Below, piece by piece: positions 47,242 through 57,394 of a stretch of 64,000 bases of DNA. How positions within the stretch are numbered: position 1 is the stretch's first letter; every line of letters starts with the position of its first letter. The notes under the pieces are model-generated. The model saw only the letters and a program-made list of their open reading frames with translations, had not been told where the DNA came from and ran no database searches. This DNA is from Christensenella sp. (GTDB lineage: Bacteria; Bacillota; Clostridia; Christensenellales; CAG-138), in contig JAYFQU010000015.1 of the NCBI GenBank assembly GCA_034926785.1, positions 13,363 through 77,362 on the forward strand, read 5' to 3'. The translations under genes and the position numbers were made by a program.

Positions 47242-49356
47242 ATGTCAGAATCATTGGTGATCGTAGAGTCGCCCGCGAAGGCGAAGACGATTGGAAAATT
47301 CTTAGGAAATAAATTTAAGGTGGTCGCGTCAAACGGACACGTGCGCGATTTGCCTAAGAGTCAGCTCGGCGTCAAGATTGAGAACAACTTTGAGCCGAAA
47401 TATATTACCTTGCGCGGCCGGGGCGATGTCCTCGAACGCATCCGCAAGGAGGCCAAGACCGCCGAGAAAGTGTATCTCGCGACCGACCCTGATCGGGAAG
47501 GGGAAGCCATCAGCTGGCATCTGGCGCAGGTGCTTAACCTCGACGAGGCGAGCAAGTGCCGCATTGTGTTCAACGAGATCACCGCAACCGCGGTGAAAAA
47601 CTCTATCAAGGGGGCGCGCGCCATCGATATGCGCCTCGTGAACGCGCAGCAGGCGCGGCGGATTCTCGACCGTCTGGTCGGCTATGAAATCAGCCCGATC
47701 CTTTGGAGAAAGGTGCGCAAAGGCCTCTCCGCCGGACGCGTGCAGAGCGTTGCGACGCGCATCATCTGCGACCGTGAGGCCGAGATTCGCGCATTTGTGC
47801 CGGAGGAATACTGGAACATTACCGCGAAGCTTCGCGAGATCGCAACAAAGAAAACCTTTGAAGCGAAATATTATGGGGAGAACGGAACCAAGCGCGATAT
47901 CTGCAACGAGGCGGATGCCAAGGAAGTCTTAGCGCGCATTGAGCATAACCTCTTTGCAATCACCGATGTAAAAGAGGGCGTAAAATCACGCCACCCCGCG
48001 CCGCCGTTTACGACGAGCAGCCTGCAGCAGGAAGCTTCGCGTAAGCTTGGCTTTACCACCAAGCGCACGATGATGATTGCCCAGCAGCTCTACGAGGGCA
48101 TCGAGATTGGCGGAAAAGGCGCGGTGGGTTTGATCTCCTATATCCGTACGGACTCCGTCCGCATCGCGGCCGAGGCGCAGCAGGCTGCGCGCGCGTTTAT
48201 CGCGGGACGATTTGGCGAAAAGTACATTCCGGAGAAACCGAATTTTTATAAGGGTCGCGACAACGCGCAGGACGCGCACGAGGCAATCCGCCCGACGAGC
48301 GTGGATAACGAACCCTCAGCCATCAAGGATCACCTATCGGGTGAGCAATTCCGCCTCTATAAGCTCATCTACGAGCGTTTCCTCGCGAGCCAGATGAGCG
48401 ACGCAACCTTCGCCACCACGCAGGTGTCGCTGGAGTGCGCCGGTGCAACGTTCCGCGCAAACGGAATCCGCACGATTTTCGATGGCTTTACTGCGATTTA
48501 TACCGAAGGGCGCGACGACGCGCAGGAGAAGGAGACCACCCTGCCGGAGCTTGCCGCGGGCGAAACCTGCAAGGCGGAGAAGCTCGAAAGCGAGCAGAAA
48601 TTCACCCAACCGCCGGCGCGTTATACCGAAGCAACGTTGGTCAAGGCGCTGGAGGAAAAGGGAATCGGAAGGCCAAGCACCTATTCTCCGACGATTTCCA
48701 CCATAGTCGACCGCGGATACATTGCGCGCGAAAAGAAGCAGTTGGTGCCGACGGAACTGGGTTTCGTTGTCAATCGATTTATGTTGGAGAACTTCGACGA
48801 AATCGTGGATGTTCAGTTTACCGCCATGATGGAAGGCGAACTGGACGGCGTGGAAGAAGATAAGGTTGCCTGGGTGGATGTGCTGGGCAAATTCTACGGC
48901 CCATTCCACGAAAAGGTTGCGATTGCGCTCGAAAAAGCACCGCCGGAAAAGATCCCGGATGAAGTTTCGGATGTTGTCTGCGAGAAATGCGGTGCGATGA
49001 TGGTCTATAAACTCGGACGGTTCGGGAAATTCCTCGCCTGCCCGAACTTCCCGACCTGCCGAAACACGAAGGCGATTGTCGAAAAGATCGATGTGCCCTG
49101 CCCCAAATGCGGTGCGGCGCTGATCAAGAGAAAGAGCAAGCGTGGCAAGGCGTTTTACGGCTGCGAAAAATATCCTGAGTGTGATTTTGTCTCCTGGGAC
49201 AAACCCACCAAGATGGCATGCCCGCAGTGCGGCGGCATGATGGTGCAGAAGATCGGGCAAAACGGCAGCTACATCGCCTGCATGAACAAGGACTGCGGCT
49301 ATATTCACCGCAACACGAAAAAGAGCAAGGAAGAAAAAGAGGTCGAAGCGGAATGA
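47242..49356 (+). CDS. topA: DNA topoisomerase I
   Basis: LVIVESPAKAKTIGKFLG (Toprim), ATDPDREGEAI and C-terminal Cys4 zinc ribbons. ATG at 47242 behind gggagga. Confidence 0.97.
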   Translation: MSESLVIVESPAKAKTIGKFLGNKFKVVASNGHVRDLPKSQLGVKIENNFEPKYITLRGRGDVLERIRKEAKTAEKVYLATDPDREGEAISWHLAQVLNLDEASKCRIVFNEITATAVKNSIKGARAIDMRLVNAQQARRILDRLVGYEISPILWRKVRKGLSAGRVQSVATRIICDREAEIRAFVPEEYWNITAKLREIATKKTFEAKYYGENGTKRDICNEADAKEVLARIEHNLFAITDVKEGVKSRHPAPPFTTSSLQQEASRKLGFTTKRTMMIAQQLYEGIEIGGKGAVGLISYIRTDSVRIAAEAQQAARAFIAGRFGEKYIPEKPNFYKGRDNAQDAHEAIRPTSVDNEPSAIKDHLSGEQFRLYKLIYERFLASQMSDATFATTQVSLECAGATFRANGIRTIFDGFTAIYTEGRDDAQEKETTLPELAAGETCKAEKLESEQKFTQPPARYTEATLVKALEEKGIGRPSTYSPTISTIVDRGYIAREKKQLVPTELGFVVNRFMLENFDEIVDVQFTAMMEGELDGVEEDKVAWVDVLGKFYGPFHEKVAIALEKAPPEKIPDEVSDVVCEKCGAMMVYKLGRFGKFLACPNFPTCRNTKAIVEKIDVPCPKCGAALIKRKSKRGKAFYGCEKYPECDFVSWDKPTKMACPQCGGMMVQKIGQNGSYIACMNKDCGYIHRNTKKSKEEKEVEAE

Positions 49357-50648
49357 GCGAAGCGCGCGTCCTTGTCATAGGCGCGGGTCTTGCCGGCTGC
49401 GAGGCGGCTTACCAGCTTGCCAAACGGGGCATCGCGGTCGATCTGTATGAGATGAAACCGCAGAAGATGAGCCCCGCGCATCATAGCGCGGACTTCTGCG
49501 AACTGGTCTGCAGCAATTCTTTGCGATCCGACCGGATTGAAAATGCGGTTGGACTGCTCAAGGCGGAGTTACGGGAGCTTGGCTCGCTCGTGCTGTCCAT
49601 TGCGGACGAAACGCGCGTTCCCGCGGGCGGCGCGCTCGCGGTGGACCGCGAGGGATTTGCCGCCAGGGTAACGGAGGTCATTCGCTCCCATCCAAACATC
49701 ACCGTGCATAACGAGGAAATCGACCGTGTGCCGGATGCGCCTGCAATTATCGCGACCGGCCCGCTGACCGCGGACGCGCTCGCGGAGGATATCGCGCGGA
49801 TGACGGGAGAACCGCTGCACTTTTACGATGCGGCGGCGCCGATTGTCACATACGATTCGCTTGATCGGGCCAAGGTATTCCGCGCATCGCGCTATGGGCG
49901 CGGGGATGATTATCTCAACTGCCCTATGACGCGGGAGGAATACACCGCCTTTTATCAGGCGCTGATCTCCGCCGAAACCGCGGATCTGCACGCCTTCGAA
50001 ACGCCTCGCGTGTTTGAGGGGTGCATGCCCGTCGAGGTGATGGCAAAGCGCGGGGAGCAGACGCTCTGCTACGGCCCGCTCAAACCCGTCGGGCTCGAAA
50101 TGGACGGCCGGGAACCCTATGCAGTGGTTCAGCTGCGGCAGGACGACAAGGACGGCAGGCTCTTTAACATTGTGGGGTTTCAGACCAACCTCAAATTTGC
50201 GGAGCAGAGGCGCGTCTTTGGTCTCATTCCGGGGTTGGAGCATGCGGAGTTTGCGCGGTATGGCGTGATGCACCGCAATACATTTCTCAATTCGCCAAAG
50301 CTTTTGGATTACGATTATCAGATGCGTTCGCATCCCGGCCTGTACTTTGCCGGCCAGATGACAGGGGTGGAAGGTTATGTGGAATCCGCCTCCAGCGGGT
50401 TTGTCGCGGCGTTGTCGCTCGCAAACCGGATCGCCGGGAAACCACCCGTGGATTTTTCCGATAAGACTGCAATCGGCTCGCTGGGGCACTATGTATCCGG
50501 ATATGTTGGAGATGATTTTCAGCCGATGAACGTCACCTTCGGCATCATGGACAGCCTACCGCAGCGGATCCGTAAAAAGACGGAGCGGTATGGAAAAATC
50601 GCGGAACGCGCGCTTGCGACGATCCGGGAGATCAAGGCCGGGCTATGA
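49353..50648 (+). CDS. trmFO: Methylenetetrahydrofolate--tRNA-(uracil54-C5)-methyltransferase TrmFO (Gid)
   Basis: VLVIGAGLAGCEAAYQLAKRG ... FAGQMTGVEGYVES. ATGA overlap with topA. Confidence 0.93.
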   Translation: MSEARVLVIGAGLAGCEAAYQLAKRGIAVDLYEMKPQKMSPAHHSADFCELVCSNSLRSDRIENAVGLLKAELRELGSLVLSIADETRVPAGGALAVDREGFAARVTEVIRSHPNITVHNEEIDRVPDAPAIIATGPLTADALAEDIARMTGEPLHFYDAAAPIVTYDSLDRAKVFRASRYGRGDDYLNCPMTREEYTAFYQALISAETADLHAFETPRVFEGCMPVEVMAKRGEQTLCYGPLKPVGLEMDGREPYAVVQLRQDDKDGRLFNIVGFQTNLKFAEQRRVFGLIPGLEHAEFARYGVMHRNTFLNSPKLLDYDYQMRSHPGLYFAGQMTGVEGYVESASSGFVAALSLANRIAGKPPVDFSDKTAIGSLGHYVSGYVGDDFQPMNVTFGIMDSLPQRIRKKTERYGKIAERALATIREIKAGL

Positions 50649-50730
50649 GTTCTGACCAGCCGGACAAAGGCAAAATTCGCGCGTCAAATACGAGAAAAAT
50701 CGTGAAAGAATTGAAAACGAATACACGAAT

Positions 50731-50753
50731 GCGGGCGGATGCGCCCGCTTTGT
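50731..50753 (+). terminator. Hairpin with a short T-tract after trmFO
   Basis: gcgggcg / cgcccgc stem with loop gatg, then tttgtg. Confidence 0.45.
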
Positions 50754-50852
50754 GCTAGTATGATATTCAGGTAGAAACTACCTGCGCGCGCGGTGATCCC
50801 TCAGGATGCTGATCAGACCATATGCGGCGCAACAGCAAGGAGGATTACCCGC

Positions 50853-51386
50853 TTGGAATTAAGGGGTACGACGATAATCGCCGTGAAAAAAGACGGCAAG
50901 TGTGCGGTTGCAGGCGACGGACAGGTGACGATGAGCGAGTCCGTCATTATGAAAGCGACGGCTAAAAAGGTACGCAGGCTCTACCACGATCAGGTCGTGG
51001 TCGGCTTTGCCGGATCGGTTGCGGATGCGTTTTCGCTCTGTGAACGGTTTGAGAAAAAATTGGAACAGTATAGCGGAAACCTCACGCGAGCGGCGGTATC
51101 GCTTGCGCAGGACTGGCGCAGCGACAAGATCATGCATAAGCTTGAGGCGCTCCTGATTGTCGCCAACAAAGAGGAGCTGCTTATCGTCTCCGGTACGGGA
51201 GAGGTTATTGACCCGGACGACGGCATCGCCGCAATCGGTTCGGGCGGTATGTATGCGCTCGCCGCCGCGAAGGCGCTCAAGACAAACACCGACCTGAGCG
51301 CGACACAGGTTGCGGAAAAAGCGCTTCGTATAGCGGGCGACATCTGCGTCTTTACCAACGGAAACATCACGGTAGAGGAGGTTTGA
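50853..51386 (+). CDS. hslV: ATP-dependent protease subunit HslV (ClpQ)
   Basis: (M)[25 protein letters not shown]... TTG at 50853 behind aaggagga; the track ORF begins upstream at 50793. Confidence 0.9.
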   Translation: MELRGTTIIAVKKDGKCAVAGDGQVTMSESVIMKATAKKVRRLYHDQVVVGFAGSVADAFSLCERFEKKLEQYSGNLTRAAVSLAQDWRSDKIMHKLEALLIVANKEELLIVSGTGEVIDPDDGIAAIGSGGMYALAAAKALKTNTDLSATQVAEKALRIAGDICVFTNGNITVEEV

Positions 51387-51391
51387 CGCAT

Positions 51392-52783
51392 ATGCAGCTA
51401 ACGCCTAGAGAAATCGTAGAAGCGCTGGATAAATATATTATCGGTCAGGACAGGGCCAAGCGAGCGGTCGCCGTCGCGCTTAGAAACCGCTATCGCCGGA
51501 GCCAGCTTAGCGAGGAACTGCGCGAGGAAATCACCCCGAAGAACATCGTAATGATCGGGCCTACCGGCGTGGGCAAAACCGAGATTGCGAGGCGGCTTGC
51601 CAAGCTTGTGGACGCTCCTTTTGTCAAGGTTGAGGCCACAAAATACACCGAGGTTGGCTATGTTGGCCGCGATGTGGAGAGCATGGTGCGCGATCTTGTG
51701 GACGCGGCGATCCGTATCAGCATGAATCAGCGCATGGAGGATGTCCGCCTCGTTGCGGAGGCCGCAGCCGAGCAGGCACTTGCGGAGCTGCTGCTGCCCG
51801 GCGCGAAGAAGCGCGAGCATAAACAGCAGCAGAACCCGCTGCAGATCCTTCTTGGAGCGGGGCAGCCGCAGCAGAGCGAGCCGGAGCCGAGCGAGGAGGA
51901 GAAGGCGCGCCGCTACAGCGAGCGCGAGCGCGTTCTCGCGGAACTGCGCGCGGGCAAACTGGAAAAAGAACTGGTTGAAATTGAGGTTGAGGAGCAGGGC
52001 GGAAAGAGCGACGCAATGTTCGCTGCCGGAATCGACCTGAACATCGGCGAGATGTTTGGCGATTTTCTGCCCAAGAAGACCAAGCGCCGCAAGCTACCCG
52101 TGCGGGAGGCGCGACGTGTGATTGTCCAGCAAGAGAGCGAAAAACGGATCGATATGGACGACGTTCATCGCGAAGCCCTGCAGCGCGCGGAACAGGACGG
52201 TATTATCTTCATCGACGAGATCGATAAGATTGCCGGTTCGGATCGCATGGGCGGGCCGGACGTTTCCCGCGAGGGAGTGCAGAGGGATATTTTGCCGATC
52301 GTTGAGGGCAGCGTGGTCAGCACGAAGTATGGCCCTGTGAAGACGGATTATATGCTCTTTATCGCCGCAGGCGCGTTCCATACCGCAAAGGTGAGCGATC
52401 TGATTCCAGAGTTGCAGGGGCGCTTCCCAATCCGCGTGAAGCTCGACGACCTTACGCAGGAGGATTTTGAAAAGATCCTGACCCAGCCGGAGAATGCAGT
52501 GACCAAGCAATATACCGCGCTGCTTTCTGCGGACAAGGTGAGGCTTAGTTTCACGCCGGACGCGCTGCGCGAGATTGCGAAGTTTGCCTATCTCGCCAAT
52601 GAAAACACGGAAAATATTGGCGCGCGCCGACTGCACACCGTGATGGAAAACCTGCTTGACGATATCTCCTTTAATGCCAACGGACAGCACCCTGAGATTG
52701 AGCTTAACATCGACGCGGCATATGTGGATGAGCACCTCGGCGAGGAATTCCACGAGGATGATATTCATAAATACATCCTCTGA
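51392..52783 (+). CDS. hslU: ATP-dependent protease ATPase subunit HslU (ClpY)
   Basis: [59 protein letters not shown]. Confidence 0.96.
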   Translation: MQLTPREIVEALDKYIIGQDRAKRAVAVALRNRYRRSQLSEELREEITPKNIVMIGPTGVGKTEIARRLAKLVDAPFVKVEATKYTEVGYVGRDVESMVRDLVDAAIRISMNQRMEDVRLVAEAAAEQALAELLLPGAKKREHKQQQNPLQILLGAGQPQQSEPEPSEEEKARRYSERERVLAELRAGKLEKELVEIEVEEQGGKSDAMFAAGIDLNIGEMFGDFLPKKTKRRKLPVREARRVIVQQESEKRIDMDDVHREALQRAEQDGIIFIDEIDKIAGSDRMGGPDVSREGVQRDILPIVEGSVVSTKYGPVKTDYMLFIAAGAFHTAKVSDLIPELQGRFPIRVKLDDLTQEDFEKILTQPENAVTKQYTALLSADKVRLSFTPDALREIAKFAYLANENTENIGARRLHTVMENLLDDISFNANGQHPEIELNIDAAYVDEHLGEEFHEDDIHKYIL

Positions 52784-52821
52784 CAAACGATAAGGAACGA
52801 AGATATTTGCAGAACGGATGC

Positions 52822-53808
52822 GTGAAAAAAATTGCGCTTGCGCTCATTTTAGCCGCCACCTTCCCGCAGTTGAGCGGCTGCGCGGAGGCGGCGGCTGTCC
52901 AGACGCTCGCAGTTTCTCTCGCGACGCCTTCTCCCGCCCCGCAGGTGATTTCGATCACCGGGGACGAGGAGACGCAAGCAGACGCAAAATATGGCATTAC
53001 GGTTGTCTCACAATACGAAGGGGAGACGCAGCAAGACGGCACGTTGCTTGCCGAAGACGGTTCGCAGATCAATCTGATGGCGACGGACGAACCGACGGCA
53101 ACGCCGGTATTGACGCCTACGCCGATACCAACCGCGCCGCCGGATACGCCGACGCCGACCCCTTCGCCGGAACCGACGCCAAGTCCGACGCCGACAGAGA
53201 AACCAAAGGCAACCGCAACCCCGAAGCCAACGGCAAAAGCAACGCCGAAAGCGACCAATACGCCAAAGCCGACCGCAAAAACGACGGAGAGGCCAGCCGG
53301 CACGGCAACGCCAAAACCGGAGATAACACCGGACGGAACCTTTACCGTCACCCCGGCTCCGACGGCGAAACCGACGGCGGCTCCAACCACGGCGCCGACC
53401 GCAACGCCCATTCAAACCTCCTCTCAGCAGCCGCCGGACGTGAGCGGCTCGTATAGCGGCGAGGATGTGTTGCTTGCCGCACGCGTAGCGTATTTTGAAT
53501 CCGGCAGATCGGAGGATGGATATCGCGCGGTGGTCTGCGTGATTCTCAACCGCGTGGAATCGGGCAAGTGGCCGAATTCCGTAAATGACGTGGTCTATCA
53601 AAAGAGCCAGTTTTCCGTGGTTGGCAGGAGCGATTTTTTAACCAAAACGATCCCCGACAGCGTGATTGGCTATGCCAACGACGTGCTCAACAACGGCAAC
53701 CGCATTCTGCCGAGTAACGTGATGTCCTTTCGCAGCGCGGCGACGGATAAAACCTGGGGAACGCGCACCTATTACGCAACCTATGGCGGAAATGATTTTT
53801 ACGGATGA
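52822..53808 (+). CDS. Lipoprotein with Pro/Thr-rich linker and C-terminal SleB-type cell-wall hydrolase domain
   Basis: GTG start gives MKKIALALILAATFPQLSGC (lipobox). C terminus AARVAYFESG..GYRAVVCVILNRVESGKWPNSVNDVVYQKSQFSVV. Confidence 0.75.
   Translation: MKKIALALILAATFPQLSGCAEAAAVQTLAVSLATPSPAPQVISITGDEETQADAKYGITVVSQYEGETQQDGTLLAEDGSQINLMATDEPTATPVLTPTPIPTAPPDTPTPTPSPEPTPSPTPTEKPKATATPKPTAKATPKATNTPKPTAKTTERPAGTATPKPEITPDGTFTVTPAPTAKPTAAPTTAPTATPIQTSSQQPPDVSGSYSGEDVLLAARVAYFESGRSEDGYRAVVCVILNRVESGKWPNSVNDVVYQKSQFSVVGRSDFLTKTIPDSVIGYANDVLNNGNRILPSNVMSFRSAATDKTWGTRTYYATYGGNDFYG
53089..53409 (+). repeat. Low-complexity Pro/Thr/Lys/Ala linker-coding region (TPTP, ATPKPTAK-type short repeats)
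   Basis: TPVLTPTPIPTAPPDTPTPTPSPEPTPSPTPTEKPKATATPKPTAKATPKATNTPKPTAK... Confidence 0.8.
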
Positions 53809-54045
53809 GCATGTTTAATTGACAGAACGGTGACCCGCCGCGAAGAAAACGATTGGTGCGGACAGTAAAATAGACTATACTAACGAGGGGATCACCTCGC
53901 AATGATCGCGCGGGATAGAAAGACCGTTGCAAAACGAACGCGCATTGCGGCGTTTTGGCGCGGTTGGAAACAAAGAGTACGGCGAAATGGGATATTCGCC
54001 GCAGGGAAACGGGATTGACAAGACAGGAATTGGGGAAGATGACAG

Positions 54046-55692
54046 ATGGCAAGTAAACTAAAGATTATTCCGCTTGGCGGAATGGGCGAAATCGGCAAGA
54101 ATATGACCGTTTTCGAATATGGCGGCGACATGGTCGTGGTTGACTGTGGGATCAGCTTTCCGGACGACGAGATGCCTGGCATCGATATCGTCATACCGGA
54201 CATGACCTATCTGCGCGAAAACCGCGAAAAGCTCAAAGGCTTTTTAATTACACACGGGCATGAGGACCACATCGGCGCCTTGCCCTATGCGCTCAAGGAA
54301 TTTGACGTGCCGGTGTATGGCACCGCATTTACGATTGCGCTGATCGAGCATAAGCTTGAAGAAGCGCGGGTTTCAAGCAAGAAGCTTACCGTGGTGAAGC
54401 CAGGCGATCATGTTGACCTCGGCTGCTTTAAGACGGAGTTCATCAAGACGGGACATTCGATTGCGGGTGCGGTTGCGCTGGCGATCAATACGCCCATCGG
54501 AACCGTCATTCATACCGGCGACTTCAAGGTGGACTTTACGCCTATCGATGGAGAACCCATCGATATTATTCGCTTTGCGCATTATGGCTCGCGCGGTGTG
54601 CTCGCGCTGATGAGCGACAGCACAAACATCGAAAGCCCCGGGCATACGCAGAGCGAAAAAGAAATCGGCAAAACGTTTGAGTACTATTTTGACGTGGCGG
54701 AGGGGCGCATCATCGTCGCATCCTTTGCCAGCAACGTCTACCGCATTCAGCAGGTTGCGGATGTTGCCGTCAGCCATGGCCGCGTACTCTGCTTTCAGGG
54801 CAGGAGTATGGAGCAGGTGGTGCAGATTGCGATGCGGCTGGGGTATCTGAAGATTCCGCCGGAGAGTATCGTCAAGGTGGATCAGCTGAAACGCTATCGC
54901 GACGATCAGGTCTGCGTGATCACCACCGGAAGCCAGGGTGAGCCCATGAGCGGGCTTTTCCGTATGGCGACCGCAACACATCGGCTGAACATTGGCAAGG
55001 GCGACACGGTGATCATCTCCGCCTCTGCGATCCCGGGCAACGAACGCGGCGTTTCGCGCGTGATCAACCAGCTCTATCAAAAGGGCGCGCAGGTGATCTA
55101 CAATCGCATGGCGGACGTCCACGTCTCCGGCCATGCCTGCCGCGAGGAACTCAGGCTCATGATGGAACTCACCAAACCGAAGTATTTTATCCCCGTACAC
55201 GGCGAATACCGTCATCTGGTGATGCACGGCAAGCTCGCGCAGGAGATGGGCGTTCTGCCGGAGAACACGTTTGTAGCGGATACGGGGGATGTCATTGAGC
55301 TCACACAGCGCAGCGGCAAGAAAGTGGCCACCGTCACCTCCGGCAGCGTTATGGTTGACGGCATTGGCGATATTGACGACGTGGTGCTCAAGGACAGGAA
55401 GACGCTTTCGCAGGATGGCCTTGTTGTCGTTGTGCTCACGCTGGACAGCGAAAACGGGCGCATGCTCACCGCCCCCGAGATCATTTCCCGCGGGTTTGTC
55501 TATATGCGGGACTCCGAGGAGCTGATTGCGGACACGAAGGCACTGCTCATCAAAGAGACGCGAAAGTTCGAGGGCGCGGATCGCAGCGATTATGCCAACA
55601 TCAAGTCCGGTATCCGCAATTCGCTGAAGTCGTTTTTAAAAAACCGCACCAAACGCACGCCGATGATACTGCCTATCATCATTGAACTATAA
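54046..55692 (+). CDS. rnj: Ribonuclease J
   Basis: Metallo-beta-lactamase HGHEDHIGALPY plus beta-CASP and a C-terminal domain. 548 aa. Confidence 0.95.
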   Translation: MASKLKIIPLGGMGEIGKNMTVFEYGGDMVVVDCGISFPDDEMPGIDIVIPDMTYLRENREKLKGFLITHGHEDHIGALPYALKEFDVPVYGTAFTIALIEHKLEEARVSSKKLTVVKPGDHVDLGCFKTEFIKTGHSIAGAVALAINTPIGTVIHTGDFKVDFTPIDGEPIDIIRFAHYGSRGVLALMSDSTNIESPGHTQSEKEIGKTFEYYFDVAEGRIIVASFASNVYRIQQVADVAVSHGRVLCFQGRSMEQVVQIAMRLGYLKIPPESIVKVDQLKRYRDDQVCVITTGSQGEPMSGLFRMATATHRLNIGKGDTVIISASAIPGNERGVSRVINQLYQKGAQVIYNRMADVHVSGHACREELRLMMELTKPKYFIPVHGEYRHLVMHGKLAQEMGVLPENTFVADTGDVIELTQRSGKKVATVTSGSVMVDGIGDIDDVVLKDRKTLSQDGLVVVVLTLDSENGRMLTAPEIISRGFVYMRDSEELIADTKALLIKETRKFEGADRSDYANIKSGIRNSLKSFLKNRTKRTPMILPIIIEL

Positions 55693-55704
55693 ACGGGAGA
55701 CGAT

Positions 55705-56046
55705 ATGGTTTACGATACCGCAAAGATGCTCGCATCCGAAATGAAGAACAGCGTAGAATATCGCGAATACACCGCCGCGAAAACGCGCGCAATGGAAAAC
55801 AGCACCACCCGTGCCTTGATTGACGAATACAACAAGCTCCAAATCCGCTCCCAGGCTGCGATGATCGCGGGGGACAAGGAGAGCGACTCACTCAAAAAGC
55901 TGCAAAAGGTCGGCGAGCTGTTACAGTTTGACGCGGATGCCTCCGCCTATCTCATGGCGGAATTTCGGTTGAAACGGATGCTTGGCGACGTTTATAAAAT
56001 CCTCGCCGAGGCGGTGGAGATTGATCTAAGCCCGCTGGAAGCATAA
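55705..56046 (+). CDS. YlbF/YmcA-family protein (Com_YlbF-like helical protein)
   Basis: 113 aa, helical. LASEMKNSVEYREYTAAKTRAMENSTTRALIDEYNKLQ resembles the family pattern. Confidence 0.55.
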   Translation: MVYDTAKMLASEMKNSVEYREYTAAKTRAMENSTTRALIDEYNKLQIRSQAAMIAGDKESDSLKKLQKVGELLQFDADASAYLMAEFRLKRMLGDVYKILAEAVEIDLSPLEA

Positions 56047-56074
56047 CAAGAAATCCACGGAGAACAAGAGAGAG

Positions 56075-57235
56075 ATGGCTACAAACTCGAAACCCGAAAA
56101 GAAAAGAACAAGACAACAGAAACGCATGCTGCGATTCTGGCTTTCGATTCGACCGGCGGTTGTGCTGCTGGTGAGCCTTGCCGTTGTGTTTTTTATCGCC
56201 CGGTTTACGGTGAACTATGTGCTTTCCAAATATATTGAGCCGGTAGACCGAAACGACGCGACGCCGATTGAGGTGACCATCCCGGCCTCCTCCTCGGCCA
56301 GCAGCATTGCGCGCATCCTCTACGGCGCATGCGGGTATGACAAGGATGGGCTGATCTCCAGCACGGCGGCATTCAAGGTTTATGTTGACTTTGTCGGCAA
56401 GGCGAACAGCCTCAAGGCGGGGAGCTATGTTCTGAGCAAGAATATGAGCATCAAGCAGATTGTCGAGGTGCTCTGTGAAGGAAACGCGCCAAAGGCGACC
56501 GTAAAGTTTACCATCCCGGAGGGCTATACGGTTGAAGGCATCGCGAAGGTGCTTATGGAAAAGGGATTGATCACGAGCGAAGGCCAGCTTTACGATGCTG
56601 CCAAGGGCGGAAGCGCTTTTATGAACTTTGCGTTTATCGCAGACGCTGCGGCAGTAAAGAACGCAAGCGCGCGCGCCTATATGATGGAGGGATACCTCTT
56701 CCCGGATACATACGAGGTCTATGCGGACGCGAGTGTCGAGACAATTTTAATCAAGATGCTCAACCGCTTCAACGAGGTATATTCGGAGGAATATATCACC
56801 CGCGCACAGCAGCTTAATATGACGATGGATCAGGTGATTACGCTCGCGTCCCTGATTGAGCGGGAAGCGGCGGCGCCAAACGATTTTTCAAAGGTATCCG
56901 CGGTGTTCCACAACCGCCTGAACCAGGACATGCCGCTGCAGAGCTGCGCGAGCTTGAGCTATGCGCTCGGCGTGACGAAGTATGTGTTTAACGCAGCGGA
57001 ACAGCAGACGGAATCCCTGTATAACACCTACAAATACAACGGTCTGCCCGTGGGACCCGTTTGCAACCCCGGCAAGGCGGCTATTGAGGCGGCGCTGTAT
57101 CCCAACGAGGAATTCGTAAAGGACGGCTATCTCTTCTTTTGCAACCAAAATCCGGCGGAGACCAGCGAACTGGTGTTTGCCAAGACCTATGAGGAGCATC
57201 TGAAAAACGTAGAGAAATTCCAGCAATACTGGTAA
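56075..57235 (+). CDS. mltG: Endolytic murein transglycosylase MltG (YceG-like)
   Basis: N-terminal TM, LASLIEREA, VFHNRL..MPLQSC, YNTYKYNGLPVGPVCNPG. Confidence 0.92.
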   Translation: MATNSKPEKKRTRQQKRMLRFWLSIRPAVVLLVSLAVVFFIARFTVNYVLSKYIEPVDRNDATPIEVTIPASSSASSIARILYGACGYDKDGLISSTAAFKVYVDFVGKANSLKAGSYVLSKNMSIKQIVEVLCEGNAPKATVKFTIPEGYTVEGIAKVLMEKGLITSEGQLYDAAKGGSAFMNFAFIADAAAVKNASARAYMMEGYLFPDTYEVYADASVETILIKMLNRFNEVYSEEYITRAQQLNMTMDQVITLASLIEREAAAPNDFSKVSAVFHNRLNQDMPLQSCASLSYALGVTKYVFNAAEQQTESLYNTYKYNGLPVGPVCNPGKAAIEAALYPNEEFVKDGYLFFCNQNPAETSELVFAKTYEEHLKNVEKFQQYW

Positions 57236-57256
57236 AAAATCACCGATTGCACGGCG

Positions 57257-57290
57257 CACTCTGGCGGAGATCACCGCCAGAGTGTTTTTT
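57257..57290 (+). terminator. Rho-independent terminator after mltG
   Basis: cactctggcgg / ccgccagagtg (11-bp stem) with loop agatca, then TTTTTT. Confidence 0.85.
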
Positions 57291-57357
57291 CTCTGCAACG
57301 CTGAAAAAGGGACGGGAGATTCCGGATCGTGGCATCGCTCGGCCGCCATCATTATTG

Positions 57358-57386
57358 TTGCTGTGGCACGACATCTGTGATAAAAT
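57358..57386 (+). promoter_or_regulatory. Candidate extended -10 promoter placed to give a leaderless pepP mRNA
   Basis: TTGCTG (57358-57363), 17-nt spacer, TGaTAAAAT (57378-57386). The -10 ends 8 nt before ATG 57395, and no SD is present. Confidence 0.4.
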
Positions 57387-57394
57387 AACCCCGT

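Noticed and set aside
52704-53411. 235-aa minus-strand ORF with GVAVG/GFGV repeats
   Set aside because: It is the antisense reading of the Pro/Thr-rich linker of the SleB-like lipoprotein gene. It has no independent signals.
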